Source of the DNA: an uncultured Methanosarcinales archaeon
GTDB taxonomy: Archaea > Nanobdellota > Nanobdellia > Woesearchaeales > CAZYIM01
Reading direction: 5' to 3'
Length of the DNA stretch: 44,686 nt
NCBI GenBank assembly: GCA_964647565.1
Contig: CAZYIM010000022.1
Location: 1-44,686, forward strand
Below, piece by piece: positions 39,695 through 44,686 of this stretch; positions within the stretch are counted from its first letter, which is position 1, and every line of letters begins with the position of its first letter. The position numbers were made by a program, and so were the translations under genes. The notes under the pieces are model-generated. The model had not been told where the DNA came from. It saw only the letters and a list, made by a program, of their open reading frames with translations, and searched no databases.

Positions 39695-42145
39695 ATGGCA
39701 AAATCTGTTGACATAACTAAGTTTGAGATACCATTAAATCAAACTGTTTATAATATCCTTGATGAGGATCTAATTTCTACAACCCGAAATGTTGGACCCT
39801 TGGAAGGTTTAGAACGTATTATAGGTCATAAAGAAGCAAAAAAGCAACTTAAAGAAGCTCTTCTTGACCAAACACCTGATTCGCACATTTTTATTTATGG
39901 ACCGACTGGTTCGGGTATTTCTTATTTGATTTCAAACACAATGGATTGGCTGAAAGAGAATATATCCAGGACATACGATGACCAGGTCGCAACATACAAT
40001 TTCCGTAAACATACTGAAGTAAACGCATTGGTCATGCCGTCTCCCCAGGGTTCAAAATTTGTTTCTGATTCAATAAACATGATTGAAGAATTGAAAAAAA
40101 AATATCGAGTGCATTATAATTCACTGAGCAGAGAATCTAAGAAAGACCTTAGAGAGATAGCCTTAGAATCATTCGAAGAAATTTTGAAGCCTCTTGTAAA
40201 TGAACTTAAAAATAATAATTATCAATTTAATGATAGACTTGGAGTATTCCCTAACACCAAAAATGTTGAAGAAGATGGCTATGAATTCATTGTACCTGAA
40301 GATATTCAATTCAAGAAAAAAGAAGATGAAGATGAATTTTATAGGATATTTGAAGCCTTTGTAAGGACTCCTGAAATATTTGAGAAACTAAACAAAAAAG
40401 CACCTGATTTCTTTAAGGTGATTGAAAGAAAACATGGCATTAATACTAAAGCGGCCAGCGAAAAGACAAAGCAAATAGCAGTTGAGGAAGTTCAAAAACT
40501 CAAAGAAAAATACTGTTATCCTGGTGTTCACGAATATCTTGATGATCTTGCTGAAGATATCCAAGAGAATATGATATTCTTTGTCATGGATTATCAACCA
40601 TTTGCAGAAGGCCGGGTAATTGTTGGCAAACCTCCAGCTCATCCATTACTAAAATATGAACCTGTTTTGTTTGTAAATAATGCATCAACCAAAACAATCC
40701 CTATTGTTGAGGTAGAAGAACTTACTGCGACCGCAATTTATGGATGCATTGTTTCAGATAGAGACCGAGAGTTCACGAGTCTACCTGCACACCACCTGAT
40801 AAAACCAGGAGCAGCTCATATAGCTGACCGCGGCTACATTGTTGTTGATTCAGCAATGATTGTGGATATGGAGTTTATGAAAGAAATATTTAAAACACCT
40901 CTTGATCCTGAAACTCTTGGAAAAAAGAAAATAAAGGACAGAAATCCTCTTTATCCATCTGATATAGATACTAAACATTTCAATGCCAATGCTAAGATGT
41001 TGGTCAACATAAGACCTTTATTTATAAAAAATAGTCCTGATTTCTTTATGGAACTTGCTTCTCAGTTTGATTATAAGATAATACTGGGAGGTTTAGAGAT
41101 AGTCAAGGATAAAAAAGCTGAACTGATTAATCCCCTGACACGTTTGATTGCAGAAAGGGTTGAAGAACATAATAAGTTCAATAACGATAATCCAATTCCT
41201 CATTTCAATAAAAGTGGGATTAAAGTTATTATTCAAGAAGCAATGCGGGTTGGTGGTAATGATTACCTAAATGCAGATTACAAGTCTTTGAGAAAACTAG
41301 TCAGCGATGCCGGAAAGATCGCCAGAGTAAATAAAGCAAAATGTACATCAAAAAAGCATGTTGTTGAAGCTATTGTGAATAAAGAAAAGACCATAGCACC
41401 CCATCTTAAAATTAGAGATCATATGTATAAAAATGAAAAGATCCCAATCTCTGTCACAGGAAAAGAAATAGGACAGATGAACATACTTGGAGTCAGTGAA
41501 CAATTCGATCTCAGATATGGATCTGCAAACAGAATACAAGCTATAACATATCCCTCTATTAGCAAGGAACTCATCTTTAACATTGATAAAGCAACAGACC
41601 ACTGTAGTATGAATTTTGGTAAATCATTTGAACTCGCTGTCCAATATCTCAGAGGAACTTACAATGAATTATTTCAGTTGGTGGGTGGCGTGGTAACTCC
41701 ACCACAAACATACATTTATTTAGATGGAGATAGTGCTGGCGCACAGTTTGTATACACTCTTGTGTCATCTATCAGCGGATTACCAATAAATCAGGGTATT
41801 GCAGCAACTGGCGCCATCGATCTAAAGGGTAATATTTTGGGTGTTGGCGGTATTAAAGAAAAGGTAGAATCATTTTATCGATTATGTAAAAATATTAAAC
41901 TCACAGGAGATCAGGGAGTCATAATACCCAAATCCAATAGTGCCGGCCTAAATCTAAGTGATGAAGTTTATCAAGCAGTAAAAAACGAGAAATTTCATAT
42001 TTATTCCCACAGTCATGTCAATGAAGGCTATCAGATCCTGATGGGTAGGAAACCTGAAGATGTAAATAAGACTATGCAGGATAAGCTAAAGGAGAACTTA
42101 TCTAAGTTAAAATCCCTCAGTGATCAATTGAAAACTGAGGCATAA
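39695..42145 (+). CDS. Lon-family (S16) protease, LonC-like, with degenerate AAA+ module
   Basis: Catalytic DGDSAG (Ser) and GGIKEK (Lys); TGAID; IKPGAAHIADRGY; Walker A reads GPTGSGIS. Confidence 0.88.
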   Translation: MAKSVDITKFEIPLNQTVYNILDEDLISTTRNVGPLEGLERIIGHKEAKKQLKEALLDQTPDSHIFIYGPTGSGISYLISNTMDWLKENISRTYDDQVATYNFRKHTEVNALVMPSPQGSKFVSDSINMIEELKKKYRVHYNSLSRESKKDLREIALESFEEILKPLVNELKNNNYQFNDRLGVFPNTKNVEEDGYEFIVPEDIQFKKKEDEDEFYRIFEAFVRTPEIFEKLNKKAPDFFKVIERKHGINTKAASEKTKQIAVEEVQKLKEKYCYPGVHEYLDDLAEDIQENMIFFVMDYQPFAEGRVIVGKPPAHPLLKYEPVLFVNNASTKTIPIVEVEELTATAIYGCIVSDRDREFTSLPAHHLIKPGAAHIADRGYIVVDSAMIVDMEFMKEIFKTPLDPETLGKKKIKDRNPLYPSDIDTKHFNANAKMLVNIRPLFIKNSPDFFMELASQFDYKIILGGLEIVKDKKAELINPLTRLIAERVEEHNKFNNDNPIPHFNKSGIKVIIQEAMRVGGNDYLNADYKSLRKLVSDAGKIARVNKAKCTSKKHVVEAIVNKEKTIAPHLKIRDHMYKNEKIPISVTGKEIGQMNILGVSEQFDLRYGSANRIQAITYPSISKELIFNIDKATDHCSMNFGKSFELAVQYLRGTYNELFQLVGGVVTPPQTYIYLDGDSAGAQFVYTLVSSISGLPINQGIAATGAIDLKGNILGVGGIKEKVESFYRLCKNIKLTGDQGVIIPKSNSAGLNLSDEVYQAVKNEKFHIYSHSHVNEGYQILMGRKPEDVNKTMQDKLKENLSKLKSLSDQLKTEA

Positions 42146-42251
42146 ATTAAATTTCTTGCAATAAATTACTGAAAACTTTCAGTTTTCTGAAGTTAAGAAA
42201 ACCTGCATTTTCATTAACTTTATAAAATACAATTATTCTCTTAAAAACAAC

Positions 42252-42433
42252 AGCCCCGTAGTGTAGCGGCCAATAATCCCTGGCTTGTCCAGGTATTGGT
42301 CATTCATCCGGGATTTTGGTGGCGAAGAAGTAAAACTTGCTAAAAATTAAAGCTTTTCGCTGAAAACGTCCCGGGACTTCGGTTCAAATGTCAAGGGAAA
42401 TTACGCCCTGACTTGAAAGTCCGGGCGGGGCTA
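42252..42433 (+). tRNA. tRNA-Gln(TTG) with three introns (21/22, 37/38, 59/60)
   Basis: Acceptor AGCCCCG/CGGGGCT-A. Introns 42274-42303 (GGCC/GGTC), 42320-42367 (TTTT/GAAA) and 42389-42419 (TTCA/TGAA), each with BHB-like geometry; mature length 73 nt. Confidence 0.92.
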
Positions 42434-42522
42434 TACTTTTCTAAGTTGTTAGCCCCTTGACCAATTTTTGTCCACGCAGCTTAAATTCTAAGCCGTCCTT
42501 ATTGGATTTTAGGAGGACAAAA

Positions 42523-43752
42523 ATGAAAAAAGAAATAGACATATACGATTTCGAGCGAAAGTTCAAATCCGCACTAAAAAACCTTGAACGTGCACCTATT
42601 TCCAACAAAAACAAAGAACTAATTCTACAATTCAGAGACCAATGCAGTCTAGACAACCTAAGCCAAGGAAGAATCATAAGATACATCGTAGTACTAAGAG
42701 ACTGGGCCAAAATCCTAGAAAAAGACTTCGACAAAGCAACCAAACAAGACCTGATGAGCGCAGTCAGAATCATACAAGAAAAACAAAACTACACAGCCTG
42801 GACAAAGGCCACCTATAAGAAGATGCTCAAGAGATTTTATAGATGGCTCAAAAACAATCCTAACCCTGAAGAAATAACATGGATTAAGAGCAATATTAAA
42901 CGTTCAGAGCAAAACTTACCAGCAAATGGAGATTTGCTTACAGAAAATGAAGTTAAAAAACTTATTGAAGTGGCTGAACATCTTAGAGATAAGGCATTAG
43001 TATCAACACTTTATGAAAGTGGTGCAAGGATTGGAGAAATTGCTTCTTTACAAATTGGAAATGTGAAAATAGATGAATATGGCATAATTTTACACGTTAA
43101 GGGAAAGACAGGATCCAGACCTATAAGAATAATTGCCTCAACACCACACTTAATGGCCTGGCTTCAATGCCACCCTTTAAAGGACGATGCTAATGCGCCT
43201 CTCTGGATAAACACAGGAAATGTCAACCATTATAGTATGGCAAAATATGATGCTATTAGGAATATGCTCATAAAGCTATTTGCAAAAGCAGGCATGAAAA
43301 AACGTGCAAACCCCCATATGTTCAGACACTCTCGGGCAACATTCATGGCAGACCACCTGACTGAATTCCAGATGAACCAATATTTTGGCTGGATACAAGG
43401 AAGCAACATGCCAAGCACATACGTGCACATGTCTGGAAAGAGGATAGATAACTCAATACTGGAAATGAATGGTTTGAAAAGGAAAGATAGCTCAAATGAG
43501 AGCAAATTAAAGCCTAAAGTGTGCAATCGATGCAGAACCATAAATGAAGCAGATTCAAAGTTCTGCAGGAATTGCGCAGGAATACTGGACATGGAAACCG
43601 CCTCAGAAATGCAGGCCAAAGAGATGAAAGAGCAGGAAATGAGAAAAAAATCAGATCAGCTGATGAACCTTCTGATGAAAGAACCTAAACTTGGAGAAGT
43701 GATCAGGGATAAGCTCAAGGAATTAGGCCTGGAAGATAAAGGAACTGTCTGA
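42523..43752 (+). CDS. Tyrosine recombinase/integrase with C-terminal zinc ribbon
   Basis: SGARIGE, KGKTG, HMFRH, FGW and TYVH catalytic residues; CNRC...CRNC; AGGAGG RBS before ATG 42523. Confidence 0.93.
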   Translation: MKKEIDIYDFERKFKSALKNLERAPISNKNKELILQFRDQCSLDNLSQGRIIRYIVVLRDWAKILEKDFDKATKQDLMSAVRIIQEKQNYTAWTKATYKKMLKRFYRWLKNNPNPEEITWIKSNIKRSEQNLPANGDLLTENEVKKLIEVAEHLRDKALVSTLYESGARIGEIASLQIGNVKIDEYGIILHVKGKTGSRPIRIIASTPHLMAWLQCHPLKDDANAPLWINTGNVNHYSMAKYDAIRNMLIKLFAKAGMKKRANPHMFRHSRATFMADHLTEFQMNQYFGWIQGSNMPSTYVHMSGKRIDNSILEMNGLKRKDSSNESKLKPKVCNRCRTINEADSKFCRNCAGILDMETASEMQAKEMKEQEMRKKSDQLMNLLMKEPKLGEVIRDKLKELGLEDKGTV

Positions 43753-43796
43753 TCCTCCGAGAACTCTATATAATATAGGATGACCTCTTAATAGGT

Positions 43797-44102
43797 ATGG
43801 TAAGCAACCACATGGTAAAATTCTTAGTGGACGAAGAACAGTTCAGACGGATCAAAGCAAACGCCTCAGCCAAAGGACACCAGACAATATCCTCATACCT
43901 AAGAGACCTGGCCCTGAACAGGGATTTGAGGTTTGAGAACAGGATACTGGAAATGCATGCTGCAGTTGCAGAAATACATGTAGCAGTTGTAAAAAAAGAA
44001 GAAAAACCAAGAGCTGAAAAGATTGAAAAAGACATGAGATTAGAAGTAGAGGTTCCGGAATGGATACAGATACTGAATAAGAAGTTGAAGAAAAAAGAAT
44101 AA
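43797..44102 (+). CDS. Ribbon-helix-helix DNA-binding protein (CopG/MobC-like)
   Basis: VKFLVDEEQFRRIKANASAKGHQTISSYLRDLAL strand-helix-helix pattern. Confidence 0.75.
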   Translation: MVSNHMVKFLVDEEQFRRIKANASAKGHQTISSYLRDLALNRDLRFENRILEMHAAVAEIHVAVVKKEEKPRAEKIEKDMRLEVEVPEWIQILNKKLKKKE

Positions 44103-44117
44103 GAGTCCATAAATCTA

Positions 44118-44686
44118 TTAAGAAGGTGAGGTTTCTTTTTGAAATTCTAATTTTTTAGAAAATTTGGCATCTGTTATCATATTAAGCCAATCTGAAAGAT
44201 TCGGATATTTATCTATTTTAGTGCTAATATTAATAATACATTGATGTAATTGGCTTTGTAATGTGTTAAAATCAATTTCTTTAAATTTTGTTTTTCCTTC
44301 GTGAACTAATTCACTTCTTAAAGTATATAGTTTTTCAACTAACTTATGTACAAAAAGGCGTGCTTCTTTATTTGAATAGTTAATAAAGGCTAATCTTTCG
44401 GCAAGATTTTTCTTTTTTTCTTCATTTTTGTCCTGAATAAGTAAACTTTCTAATGCCGTAAATAATCTAAATAAATTATCTTCATTTTTAGCTCTATGTT
44501 TTAATATTTCAGAAAACCATCTTATAGACACAAGAAGCTTATTTTCTAAATCTGTTCTTTTGGATTTATCCTTTTTTAAGATCAAATTTAAATTTTTTAA
44601 ACCAGCTTCTTCTTTTAATACTTTAAATCTTTCTTTAGTAAAGTGGCAATTTCCAGTCCTATCTTTCCAAACCATAGAGGCATGAA
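44118..44686 (-). CDS. HEPN-domain protein (ApeA-like C-terminal HEPN), 5' truncated by the window edge
   Basis: LFTALESLL...LAERLA...LYTLRSELVHEG (RxxxxH). The frame stays open from ATG 44675 to the window edge. Confidence 0.8.
   Translation of the reverse strand, partial: HASMVWKDRTGNCHFTKERFKVLKEEAGLKNLNLILKKDKSKRTDLENKLLVSIRWFSEILKHRAKNEDNLFRLFTALESLLIQDKNEEKKKNLAERLAFINYSNKEARLFVHKLVEKLYTLRSELVHEGKTKFKEIDFNTLQSQLHQCIINISTKIDKYPNLSDWLNMITDAKFSKKLEFQKETSPS

Larger units (their letters stand above)
42434..44686. mobile_element. Left end of an integrative element inserted at tRNA-Gln
   Basis: Integrase starts 90 nt after the tRNA 3' end and is followed by RHH and low-GC HEPN genes. The second att site is not in the window. 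Confidence 0.7.

Overview
AT-rich archaeal chromosomal segment, most consistent with a DPANN lineage such as Woesearchaeota. Support: BRE/TATA promoters, GGAGGTGA-type RBSs, intron-containing tRNAs with bulge-helix-bulge (BHB) motifs and no encoded CCA, and many Cys-rich surface proteins. 1-10.4 kb is a minus-strand surface-protein cluster. It holds a >1389-aa Cys-rich repeat protein missed by the ORF track and a ~1718-codon repeat/VWA gene interrupted by two perfectly in-frame TGA codons. 14.4-19.9 kb encodes an unusual HSP90-like GHKL ATPase/transmembrane/transglutaminase fusion coupled to an apparently degenerate GHKL-like partner. The middle has housekeeping and hypothetical genes: HAD, PfkB, APH-like kinase, AbrB-PhoU, DegT-like, YlqF/RbgA GTPase, DEAD-box helicase, Rad50, a nucleotidyltransferase and a LonC-like protease. 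Four tRNA genes are present. Thr(GGT) and Gly(GCC) each have one short intron and are followed by ~90-bp hairpin-rich units ending in a copy of the tRNA 3' end; Pro and Gln(TTG) each have three introns. tRNA-Gln is followed by a tyrosine integrase, an RHH protein and a HEPN protein, i.e. the left end of an integrated element. All family calls come from motif recognition by eye; no searches were run.
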